A program made the translations under genes and the position numbers. Positions 10,701 through 22,600 of a DNA stretch of 64,000 nucleotides are shown here, one piece after another (positions within the stretch are counted from its first letter, which is position 1; each line of letters begins with the position of its first letter). The DNA is from Squalus acanthias (Eukaryota): assembly GCA_030390025.1 (NCBI GenBank), contig CM059432.1, positions 107,262,001-107,326,000 of the forward strand, read 5' to 3'. Under the pieces are notes generated by a model that was given only the letters and a program-made list of their open reading frames with translations, ran no database searches and was not told the origin of the DNA.

Positions 10701-13700
10701 TCATGAGGGGTCTGGACAGGGTAAATAGAGAAACTGTTCCCATTGGCAGAAGGGTTGAGAACCAGAGGACACAGATTTAAGATGATTGGCAAAAGAACCA
10801 AAGGCGAAGTAAGAAAAAACTTTTTTACACAGCGAGTGGTTAAGATTTGGAATGCACTGCCTGAAAGGGTGGTGGAGGCAGACTCAATTTTATCTTTCAA
10901 AAGGGAGTTGGATAAATATCTGAAGGAAAAACAATTGCAGGGCTACGGGGAAAGGGCGGGGGAGTGGAACTAGCTGAGAGCCGGCACGGGCTCGATGGGC
11001 CGAATGGCCTTCATCTGTGCTGTAACCATTCTATGATTCTATGAATAAATACCTGTAAAGAGAACAATTGCAGGGCTATGAGGAAAGAGTGGAGGGAGTG
11101 GGACCCAAGGAGCCGGCACAGGCACGATGGGCCAAATGGCTTCCTTCTGTGCTGTATCATTCTACGATATTTGTACTCTTACCCAAACAATCCTGTGAAA
11201 GTTGGGACCAACAGACTCATGGCAGTAAGCATCAGGCAGTGGACACAGCAGCTTAGAAATGACCATGTGACATTCCAGGAGTTTGACTCCAAACTCATTA
11301 AGAGCCGATTTACCAATTGCGTGCTCCTGGCGCAGAACCTTGCTCGCTGGAAGCACACATTGGGAAATCATGGCCGCGCTGTCCAGGGATTTTCATTCAA
11401 ATGGAAAAAGAAGAAACAGGAACTCTTACGGACACGGTCTGCTCACTCTCTTCTGCACCCGGAATGGCACACTATTAGTTTTTGCACCAATCTAGTCCAC
11501 CATCATCTGCTTTTACTCCTTTAACTTACCGGGCTTCCACCTCCGTTTCCTGGTGGTCCTGCTGGTCCTGGAGGTCCAGGAAGTGCAACAGCTGCAAAGT
11601 AAGTAGAACCCATCATAGAAAGTGAAAACTGGCTGTCTGCTAGGTAGGCAAACAAAACCTGGCACTGTGAAGTGTTGTAGCGAGGAGTTCAAGTGACGTT
11701 TTAAAACTGCTCAGAGTTAACTTTGGTCATAAACTAGCACTCATACTTCAAGGACTTTTCTGGATACTAGCAGACCTCTTGTGTCATTTACCAGGGTACT
11801 GAAATTTTCAATTCCAACAATGACAACGGACACTTCTGCGTGTGCTCACCTGATCCAAAGATTCCTGGTATTCCTGGAGGTCCGGGTGGTCCAGGACGGC
11901 CTTGTGGGCCCACAAATCCGTAACCTGGAGGTCCCGGAATACCAGGTATTCCTGGTGGCCCCATTGGTCCCACAACAGATTCACCCTTGGGCCCCTGTGG
12001 GGAGGAGGAAAGCAGAATAGGTTTAACAAAAAAAATCTTTTCCAGTTATTGTTTTTATATTTTCACACTCGTCCCTCAGAGAATAGTGTGAAGTAGTGGA
12101 AGTATTCTCAGGTGGTGGGAGGGTTTTATGCGCTTACATGTTACATTATATATCATGGCTACAGTGCATTTAGCATATCTATATGTGGAGGCATGGCCAA
12201 CTGTGCTGGAGATGGTTTAACTCTGCAGGGAGGCACAGATAGCAGAGTGGGCAGACAGGTGGCAGATGCAGTTCAATGTAGAGAAATATGAAGTAATACA
12301 TTTTGGAAGCAGGAATAGGGGAAGAGTTAAATGGTAGGAGTTTAAATGGAGCATAGGTGCATTGGGGTGTGCAGATACATGGATAATTAAAAGTGGCAGC
12401 GCAAGTAGACAAGGCCCTAAAATAGGCAAACTCAACCTCTGCTTTTTTTTTATGCCAACAACACAAAAGGAAATAATGTTGAGAATAAAAATAGAAAATA
12501 ACTGGAAGTACTCAGCAGGTCAAGTGGCATCTATAAGAAACCATGAGGTAGCCAACAATTCAAGCATTAAATCTTTCCTTAGGACAGTGGAGGAAGGATA
12601 GAAGGCCTGAAGCGTTGACTGACTCTTGTTCCATAGAAGTTGCTCGACCCACTGAGTGTTTCCAGCTTTTTCTGTTTTTATTTTCAGATTTGATGCACCT
12701 GCGGTATTTTGGTTTTTTAGATAATATTGAACTTGCATGAGACTGTAACTAGGCTACAGTTAGATTATTATGTACAGTTGTGGGAACCTCATTGTAGGAA
12801 CAAGAGAAAAACAATGGAAAAGGTGGCCCGTCGGAACTGTCGATCGATGAGTCGATGACTCGACTCATCGATCGACAGTTCCGACGGGCCACAGCGAAAA
12901 ATCGCATAGACCTCCTCAGAAGGCAAACACGGGACACAACCAACAGGGTACCCTACGTCGTCCAGTACTTCCCCGGAGTGGAGAAACTACGCCATGTTCT
13001 TCGCAGCCTTCAACATGTCATCGATGACGACGAACACCTCGCTAAGGCCATCCCCACGCCTCCACTACTTGCCTTCAAACAGCCGCCTAACCTCAGAAGT
13101 ACCATCGTTCGCAGCAAATTACCCAGCTTTCAGGATAACAGCGACCACGACACCACACAACCCTGCCACGGCAACCTCTGCAAGACATGCCAGATCATCA
13201 ACACAGATACCATCATCACACGTGAGGACACTACCCACCAGGTACATGGTACATACTCATGTGACTCGGCCAACGTTGTCTACCTCATACGTTGCAGGAA
13301 AGGATGCACTGCGGCATGGTACATCGGCGAGACCATGCAGACACTGAGACAACGTATGAATGGACACCGCGCAACAATCGCCAGGCAGGATTGTTACCTC
13401 CCAGTCGGGGAACACTTCAGCAGTCAAGGACATTCAGCCTCGGATCTGCGGGTAAGCGTTCTCCAAGGCGGCCTTAGAGACACACGACAACGCAAAATCA
13501 TCGAGCAGAAACTGATAGCCAAGTTCTGCACTCATGAGGACGGCCTCAACCGGGATCTTGGGTTTATGTCACGATATATGACGTAGAGTCATTCAGACTC
13601 GAGTCGTCGTTGGCTTGTTCACAGATCTGATTCCCAGTAAAAAAGTAAAAATTTTAAAGTTTATCGTTTTCCATACCGACTGCAGCTTTTGACACATTAG

Positions 13701-16700
13701 ACCCCCTGTAACCCCACCTCATTGTCTCAGTTGTATCTTGCTATGTCTTTGATGTGGTGCCTTCCTGGCTGACCTGATTGCCTTTTGTCACACCTCGGCA
13801 GATAAACAGTCAGGAGGATTAAATGTAGTCGTCTGCCATTGTAAGTTACACATGCATTGTTCTCTATCTATATATGCTTTGTCAATTTTGTATTCCTTTA
13901 CTTCACCTGACGAAGGAGCAGCCGCTCCGAAAGCTTGTGATTTCAAATAAAACTGTTGGACTATAACCTGGTGTTGTGCGACTTCTCAGGAATGAAGGTG
14001 TTATAGTTATGAAGGGAGACTCGAGAATTTGGGCCCTGGTGCTAAGATGGTTAAGTGGTGACCTGGTTGAGGTCTTCAAGATTCCGAAGGATTACGAGAA
14101 GGTAAAAAGTGAGAGATTATTCGGTCTGCAAGATGGTTACAAGAGGACACAAACATAAGAAAATAAAAGAGTTAAAGAGGTGGTTGGAAAGATTTTCTTT
14201 ACACAGATGGTGGCTCGAACTGTTGTCAGTGCAGAGCTCATAATTCTTTGTAAAAGGCGCACATGTGGAGAAAGGTCATCATACTTGACAGGCCAAAGGC
14301 CTGTTTCTATGCTGCAACAATGCACGATTCTATATTATGTTGTATATCACAGGTATAGGGCATTTAGCATATTTAATACTGTTAGGTTCTGTCACAGTGT
14401 ACTGAGCATTTTACTGAGCAACCTTAAGGATGATTTTTTTTTAATGAACTACTTACTACTGGTCCAGGTCTCCCACTAGGTCCAATGGGGCCTGGAGGCC
14501 CGGGTGAACTTGGCAGGAACAATCCGCCACCTGATTCCCCCTTTTCTCCTTTTTGACCTGATGCACCTGAGTCTCCTTTTTCACCCTTTAATAGTCAAAA
14601 ACAAAACATTTTAAGATGGTGACCCAAGATGAATGTGGTTTATTAGTTTATGTTTGCAAAAATAGAAATAGCCCTTCATCAAACTGCCAAGTGACATAAA
14701 AGATATGAAACCATTTCCATGTAGGTCAAATTGTTTAGTTGATGGCAGGGCAAAGAGCACAGAAGGCGAGAGACACATTTCAAAATAACACTTTGAAATT
14801 AACAAATTGGTAAACTCCTCTTTGTGGGATCAGCACAATGAGCACTTATACAGGCTTTACATAAATGGAGGGCCCTTAGGGGGCATAGTTTCAGAATAAG
14901 GGGTCGCCCATTTAAGACGGAGATGAGGAGGAATTTCTTCTCTCAGAGGGTCGTGAATCTTTGGATTTCTCTACCCCAGAGAGCTGTGGAGGTGGAGTCA
15001 TTGAATATATTCAAGGCAGAGATTGACAGACATTTGAACTACAAGGGAGTCAAGGGGTATGGGGAGAGCGCGGGAAAGTGGTGTTGAGGTCAAGATTGGA
15101 TCAGCCATGATCTTATTGAATGGCGGAGCAGGCTCGGGGGCCAATTGGCTTACTCCTGCTCCTGTTTCTTATGTTCTTAGACATACAGGCTTTATATAAA
15201 TGGAGGGCCCTAGATATACAGGTTTTACATAAATAGAGGGGCCCTAGATATACAAGCTTTACATAAATAGAGGGGCCCTAGATACACAGGCTTTACATAA
15301 ATGGAGGGCCCTAGATATACAGGCTTTACATATATGGAGGGCCCTAGATATACAGGTTTTAAATAAATGGAGGGCCCTAGATATACAGGCTTTACATATA
15401 TGGAGGGCGCTAGATATACAGGCTTTACATAAATGGAGGGCCCTAGATATACAGGCTTTACATATATGGAGGGCCCTAGATATACAGGCTTTAAATAAAT
15501 GGAGGGCCCTAGATATACAGGCTTTACATATATGGAGGGCCCTAGATATACAGGCTTTACATAAATGGAGGGCCCTCAATATACAGGCTTTACATAAATG
15601 GAGGGCCCTAGATATACAGGCTTTATATAAATGGAGGGCCCTAGATATACAGGCTTTACATATATGGAGGGCCCTAGATATACAGGCTTTACATAAATAG
15701 AGAGGCCCTAAATATACAGGCTTTACATACATGGAGGGCCCTAGATATACAGGCTTTACATAAATGGAGGGCCCTCAATATACAGGCTTTACATAAATGG
15801 AGGGCCCTAGATATACAGGCTTTACATAAATGGAGGGCCCTAGATATACAGGCTTTAAATATATGGAGGGCCCTAGATATACAGGCTTTACATAAATGGA
15901 GGGCCCCAGATATACAGGCTTTACATAAATGGAGGGCCCTAGATATACAGGCTATACATAAATGGAGGGCCCTCGATATACAGGCTTTACATAAATGAAG
16001 GCCCTAGATATACAGGCTTTATATAAATGGAGGGCTCTAGATATACAGGCTTTACATAAATGGAGGGCCCTAGATATACAGGCTTTAAATATATGGAGGG
16101 CCCTAGATATACAGGCTTTACATAAATGGAGGGCCCTAGATATACAGGCTTTACATAAATGGAGGGCCCTAGATATACAGGCTTTATATAAATGGAGGGC
16201 CCTAGATATACAGGCTTTAAATATAGGAAGGGCCCTAGATATACAGGCTTTATAAATGGAGGGCCCTAGATATACAGGCTTTACATAAATGGAGAGCCTC
16301 AGATATATAGGCTTTACATAAATGGAGGGCTCTAGATATACAGGCTTTATATAAATGGAGGGCCCTAGATATACAAGCTTCATATAAATGGAGGGCCCTC
16401 GATATACAGGCTTTGCATAAATGGAGGGCCCTCGATATACAGGCTTTACATAAATGGAGGGCCCTAGATATACAGGCTCTATATAAATTGAGGGCCCAAG
16501 ATATACAAGCTTTATATAAATGGAGGGCTCTAGATATACAGGCTTTACATAAATGCAGGGCTCTAAATATACAGGCTTTACACAAATGGAGGGCCCTCGA
16601 TATACAGGCTTTACATAAATGGAGGGCCCTCGATATGCAGGCTTTACATAAATGGAGGGCTCTAGATATACAGGCTTTACATATATGGAGGGCTCTAGAT

Positions 16701-19641
16701 ATACAGGCTTTATATAAATGGAGGGCTCTAGATATACAGGCTTTATATAAATGGAGGGCTCTAGATATACAGGCTCTATATAAATGGAGGGCTCTAGATA
16801 TACAGGCTTTATATAAATGGAGGGCTCTAGATATACAGGCTCTATATAAATGGAGGACTCTAGATATACAGGCTTTACATAAATGGAGGACTCTAGATAT
16901 ACAGGCTCTATATAAATGGAGGGCTCTAGATATACAGGTTTTAAATATATGGAGGGCCCTAGATATACAGGCTTTACATAAATGGAGGGCTCTAGATATA
17001 CAGGCTTTACATAAATGGAGGGCCCTAGATATACAGGCTTTACATAAATGGAGGGCCCTAGATATACAGGCTTTACATAAATGGAGGGCTCTAGATATAC
17101 AGGCCTTGATTGATGTAAAGGTCCAGCAGGCAGGAGGTCTTCCTCCAGGAGGCTGCAGAGGTCTGTGACCACCTGCCTTGACAATCGGAGCCTCCTGAAG
17201 CACTGCTCCTCAGACAGGTCAAGGAAGCTGTGCCTCTGTCTGTACACCCTGTGAAATGGGTCAGGCCCTCTGCGTGCATGGGCCCCGTGTTGCTGCCTTC
17301 TCTGTGGCCCACCTGCAACACCTTCTTCAGCAGGCCCTTACTGATGCTGCTCCTACTTTCCTCTTCTTCACTCCAATAGAGTGCATCTAGAGCAGCTCCC
17401 ATAATCAGCTTCTCATTTTTTTTTGAACCAAAGAGTATCAAAAACACAACCCAAAACAAACCGTGATCACAGCCCACAATGAACCGAAAGAGACTCGTCG
17501 ATACCAATACTCGCTGCCGTTAATATTGTGACAGCTAGGAACATGGCGGGATCATCATTCTGGGATTTTAGCCTCTTGCCCGACCCTATCCTGCCTGTCA
17601 GGGGAGGGGTAAAATCGAGGCCACTGTTTTTACATAAATGGAGGGCCCTAGCAGTTCAAAAGAAAAGGAACATTTCATGCAATACAAACATTCCTGAAGG
17701 GATTGCAAATCAGAACAGAATTGTGGTTAATATTTCATTGGAAAACAAATAGCTACTTACTTTAAGGCCAAGGTATGGTGAATAAGAACCTAAAAAATAT
17801 AGATTGAAACCTGAAGTGAAATTTGTTAGCCAAATTAACAAAAAATCAATAAAAACTTAATTACATAGAATTACACAGTTCTATTTGTGTGAAGTCTGCC
17901 CCAGAATTATAACATTACCATTACATTAAAGCCTCCCAATAACACATTTGTTGTGAGTTGCGTAAACAGGGTTGTGTGTTATTATGATTGTTACATCACA
18001 GCTTGTATTATACTGCGAGCTTGTGTGTGCTATATCAATTTATAAAGGGAGACAGTCGGACCCAGAACCATCTGATAGGTTAACCTGTATTATTACAAGT
18101 GATATAAATCCCCTCGCCACCTATGGGAGGTGTTGATTGTCAGGGTAGTGTAAATCAAGGAAACAATAATTGTCATCAAATGTGTTCACAGACATAACAT
18201 GGTAAACCAACAGGATCAAAGTCTCCAACCATTTCCTTCAGTTCTATATTCAGCACAAAGGGCAGAATTTCCTCATTTGCATTTAGTTGTTAAACAATTG
18301 CATGGCGCAGCACATAGAGGAAGACTGCAGCCCACAGATTTCCATCCATGAAATTAGTGAATAGAAATCGGGCATGCTGTGTTACAGACGTGCGATCTTC
18401 CACACTTGATTTTCCCCTACGTATGCTGCCTAGACGGCTATTTAATTTCTAGGTATTAATAGAGGAAATCAGCCCCATTTATTTTTGTTCTATTTAGTGA
18501 TTGCGCGTTGTGGGGGGCGATTTTCTTAGTTCTTCATTCACTGACCGCCACATCAGAAAATCGTAGACAGTGCATCTCGTGATTTATTACAATTTAGGTG
18601 TCAGCTGTGGCTCAGTGGTAGTCTGCTCAGCTGAGTTAGAAGGTCGTGGGTTTAAGTTCCACTCCAGAGACTTGAGCACATATTCTAGGCTGACACATCT
18701 GTGCAGTCCTGAGGATGTAAAGTGACTACACTTCAAAAAGTACTTAATTGGCTGTAAAGTGCTTTGGGACATCCTGAGGTCGTGAAAGGCGCTATATAAA
18801 TGCAAGTTATTTCTTTCTCATTGTGTAGCTGGTGGGTGAGGCTCCTTGTCGAAAGCGCAAACCAATGTCCCCTGTAATTTTTTTTGGTGCGCGGTCCCTT
18901 TAACTGGCTGCGCGGCCCATTCAATTTTTTGCACTTTCATGGTTATTTCCATTGAAAAGCTGGTGAGCGGCCTGCGCGGGACTTCCAGACCGCAGCGCAG
19001 CCGCGCAGCCTAGCGGGAACGTTAGTGCAAACCTAGAAAATTCTCTCAATATTTAGAAGTGCAAGGTGCCCTGGCACTAAGGATTTGGACATGTGGCATG
19101 CTGTAGAAACAGGAAGCTCCTGCCACAATGCTCATTTTAAAAAAAACACCTGCTTCCTTTCAAGTTTCATGAGGAACCCAATACAATATTTTTTAACTTA
19201 TTGAAGTTTTTGTTGATATAGTATAGTAAAAAGAAAAAAAAACTGTATTTATACAGCGCCTTTCACAACCTCATGACGCATCTAAGCTCTTTACAGCCAA
19301 TTAATTACTTTTGAAGTTTAGTCCCTGTTGTAATGTAGGAAACCCGGCAGCCAAGCTGCGCACAGCAAGCCCCCACAAATAGCAATGTGGTAATGACCAG
19401 ATCATCTGTTTTTAGGTGTTGAGGGATAAATGTTGGCCAGGACATAAGGGAGAACTCCCCCGCTCTTCTTCGAAATAGTGCATTGGGATCTTTTAGGTTC
19501 ACCTGAGAGGGTAGATGGGACCACGGTTTAACGTCTCATCTGAAAGACAGCACCTCCGACAGTGCAGCACTTCCTCAGTAATGCACTGAAGTGTCAGCCT
19601 GGATTATGTGTTCAAGTCTCTGAAGTGGGACTGAACCCCAC

Positions 19642-19672
<31 letters not shown>

Positions 19673-22600
19673 ACTGAGTCACAGCTGACACAGTACTGAA
19701 TGTACACATATGGTTGCATTTATACAGTGAGACTTCCTAACAGGATATATATTTCTTCGAATATCAAGTTCAATTCCAACCGTGGCCATCCGGCTGAAGT
19801 TCGTGCCGAGAGGCCTAAGCCATTTTGAGGGACGGGTCGCGTTTCAACACTGTTGGCGAGACCTGACCGATGTTCTGGCACTCACGAGCCTCTCGCCGGT
19901 TGAGAAGGGTGGGAATTTGGTGGCTGGACTTTTATGATGAATTGAGGTTGTACCATATCTGCCACAGCAAAATCACTCTCACACATCACACTAAGCAGTG
20001 GTCATTAAAACTTCTCCCCATAAAATAGTTTATAATCCTTTATACAGAAAAGGAAAAATCTAATTCAATGTAACAAAAAAGGACAATACCTGGCAGGCCT
20101 GGGGTACCCTGCTCCCCCTTTTCACCTTTACCACCAAGTGGCCCAAGTAATCCAATAGAACCTTTCTCCCCCTTCGGCCCTTTGGGAAATGAAAGGTTGT
20201 TTATTATAGGTTTCAGAAAGTCTTTACACAATATCACCACTAAACTGCTCGAAGACTGTTTACCCCCCACCCTGGTTTCGGAACCAGAAGGTGCAGTATT
20301 ATTCAGATGCGTTGTTTCCACCACATATGATAAGTAGTGATCTGAAAGGGGCAAGGCCCATGGGTACATTTTTAAGGGAAACACACGTCTAAAGAAAGGT
20401 TGGTGAAATGGGAAGTTTTGTGAAAACTGGGCCCAGGATTCTAGGAGTGTTTACGATGGCCCATGGAATTATAATATATTGTGCATGTCCACACAATAAC
20501 CATCATGACTACTCTTCCTACAGTGAGGAGATCAGTCATCTCACTGAGTCGTGCAGGAGTGTTCTTTCTGATGCTTGCTTGTAGACATGTCACAGCAAGC
20601 AGCTGGCCTATGCAAGAGATTACTTGGATAAGAGGTGAGGAAACTCCGGCTGTAGCTTAATGACATTCCTGAGGCATAAGGTTATTATTATGTTACAGCA
20701 GACGATGAGTCAGTGGGTTCGTTGCTCCAACAAGTTTTACAGACACAATCTGCTTAGCCTTTGATAATCTCAGTTCCTCTATTCAGTTGTTTTGGATGTT
20801 GCAGCACTGATGTCATTGACATCGATGGCCTTGAATATATAATGGGCCAAAAATTCATCCCGCGACGCGAGAGTACGCACTGCGTACTCTCGCGTATTCT
20901 CTCTCCAATTGCCGGTTTTCTGCATGCCCTGCGCATGCGCTGAAAACCGGCACTTGGTCTTTTGAAAAGGGGGCGGTTCCTCGGTGCATCGCGTGCGCGC
21001 TACAGGCTGCGCGCACGCTGTGCACTTCGTGCTTTGGACGCGCAGGTAAGGACGGAAGATTTTAGAAATGGAAAAAGGAGGAGTAAGACCCACTTTTAAC
21101 AAGGTAAGTAGTGAATTAAGTATTTTTTTGAATTTTTTTTAACAGGTATATCTTTTTTAGAGATTTTAAAGACAGGTAAGTTTATTTTTATAACTTTTTA
21201 AAAGATTTTAAATTTTTTCAAAAATTTAATTTTTTATTTAAAATGGTTAATTTATTTAACTATACTTATTTTATTAATGTGATGGGTTTTTTTTTAAATT
21301 TAATTGAGGTTTAGCTGTTATTTTGGGGGGGTGTAAGATTCATAGATTTCACAGCACGTATGTGAAACTTATGAATGGAAGATGGTGTGCTGCCATTGGC
21401 TCTAACTGAGTCACGTGATCCCACAGCTCGCACGAATTCACTACGCCGGTGGGATACGCAAGCACTGCCCAGCTGATGTCTGGAACATCAAGTTCGTGCG
21501 AGCTGGATCTGAAAAAGCACAGGCGGAGTGAGAGATCGCGGGGAAGCCTTACCCCCGCGGGAACAGAGCGAGATCAATTTCTGGGCCAATGAGTTCTTAG
21601 AAATATGGTCACCTTTACAAATCAGTAGACTAAACACTCTGTTCAAACTGAAACTACCCACCACATTTTAACGTAACACTTCGCACCACTTTAATTAGGT
21701 TTACTATTCATGATAAAGTTTATGCTGCATAATTTATTTTTGTGTAGTATTTTTTGTAATACTTTAATCAAATTGCTGCTGCTGAAAACATTTAAAATAC
21801 CCTAAGTGTAGCCTTCCTCATTCTTTAAATGTTGTACAGCTTTCACAATCAAATACAATGGGAAATAGGAAAACCCTAGAGACACTGTCACTTTAAGAAC
21901 TTTGTGCCATGTATGACCGCACAAGTCAGATTCTCATTTTTATCTTTATGATAATGGTCACAAGACCCAATGTCCCAACATGTGAGAAAGAGAACAGATG
22001 GGCAGGTTTGTACAGGTCCTGCATTCAAAGTATGAGTAGATCATATATACACCAGGGAATTTAGCCATCCCTCCTCACTTTTTCAACCTCCACATACCAC
22101 TGATGTATCAAAATGGTGCAAGTATTGTGGGAGAGAACCCTCTAATCTGAATGATAAAGGCAGTTCGAAACACAGTTGCACTAGAGTACTTGTCATCTTG
22201 GATGAATGAATCAAGGCATTCATGGCTGGTAAATGTATGTTAAGTTACTGCAATCTGCTTCTGTACAGATAGTGTCAAAAACAAACAGCAGTCTGTCTCA
22301 GCTCTCTCACAGTGTCAAGAGAAACCTTCAGCATCCCAGCCCAAGATGATCGCTCCTAAAGGGAAGAATGAAAGGTACATTCTGCAACTCAGTTTGCTGA
22401 TCCCTCCTTTAGTAATGGGTTTAATCCAGACATTTGTTCCTATTAAGAGTAAAGAATTGCCTAGACTGGTGAATGTTTTGTTTCTCTATGTAGAACAGGA
22501 ACACTTGTAACTCATTATAAGATTACAAGAACAGTCAAGGATGAGAAAAAGCCAATCTTTTTAGTACCCTAACTCTCCCATCAAAGCCCATTCCACTAGT

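Larger units (their letters stand above)
6270..11170 (+). mobile_element. Old CR1 3' portion split into three pieces (about 6270-6666, 8623-9042, 11044-11170) by two younger CR1 insertions
   Basis: RT remnant [14 protein letters not shown]; sequence is continuous across the junctions GTTATGCTAAAC|CTTCATAAATCACTGG and AAAAGGGAATTG|..ATAAATACCTG. Confidence 0.8.

Noticed and set aside
12480..12715. Second hammerhead in an imperfect inverted-repeat element
   Set aside because: The arms CTGGAAGTACTCAG / CTGAGTGTTTCCAG are visible but no intact CUGANGA/GAAA core is present
15180..17103. CRISPR-like array or repeat-protein gene from the 33-bp periodicity
   Set aside because: Units are contiguous with no unique spacers, there are no cas genes, and the context is a vertebrate intron; open frames follow from the unit length being a multiple of 3
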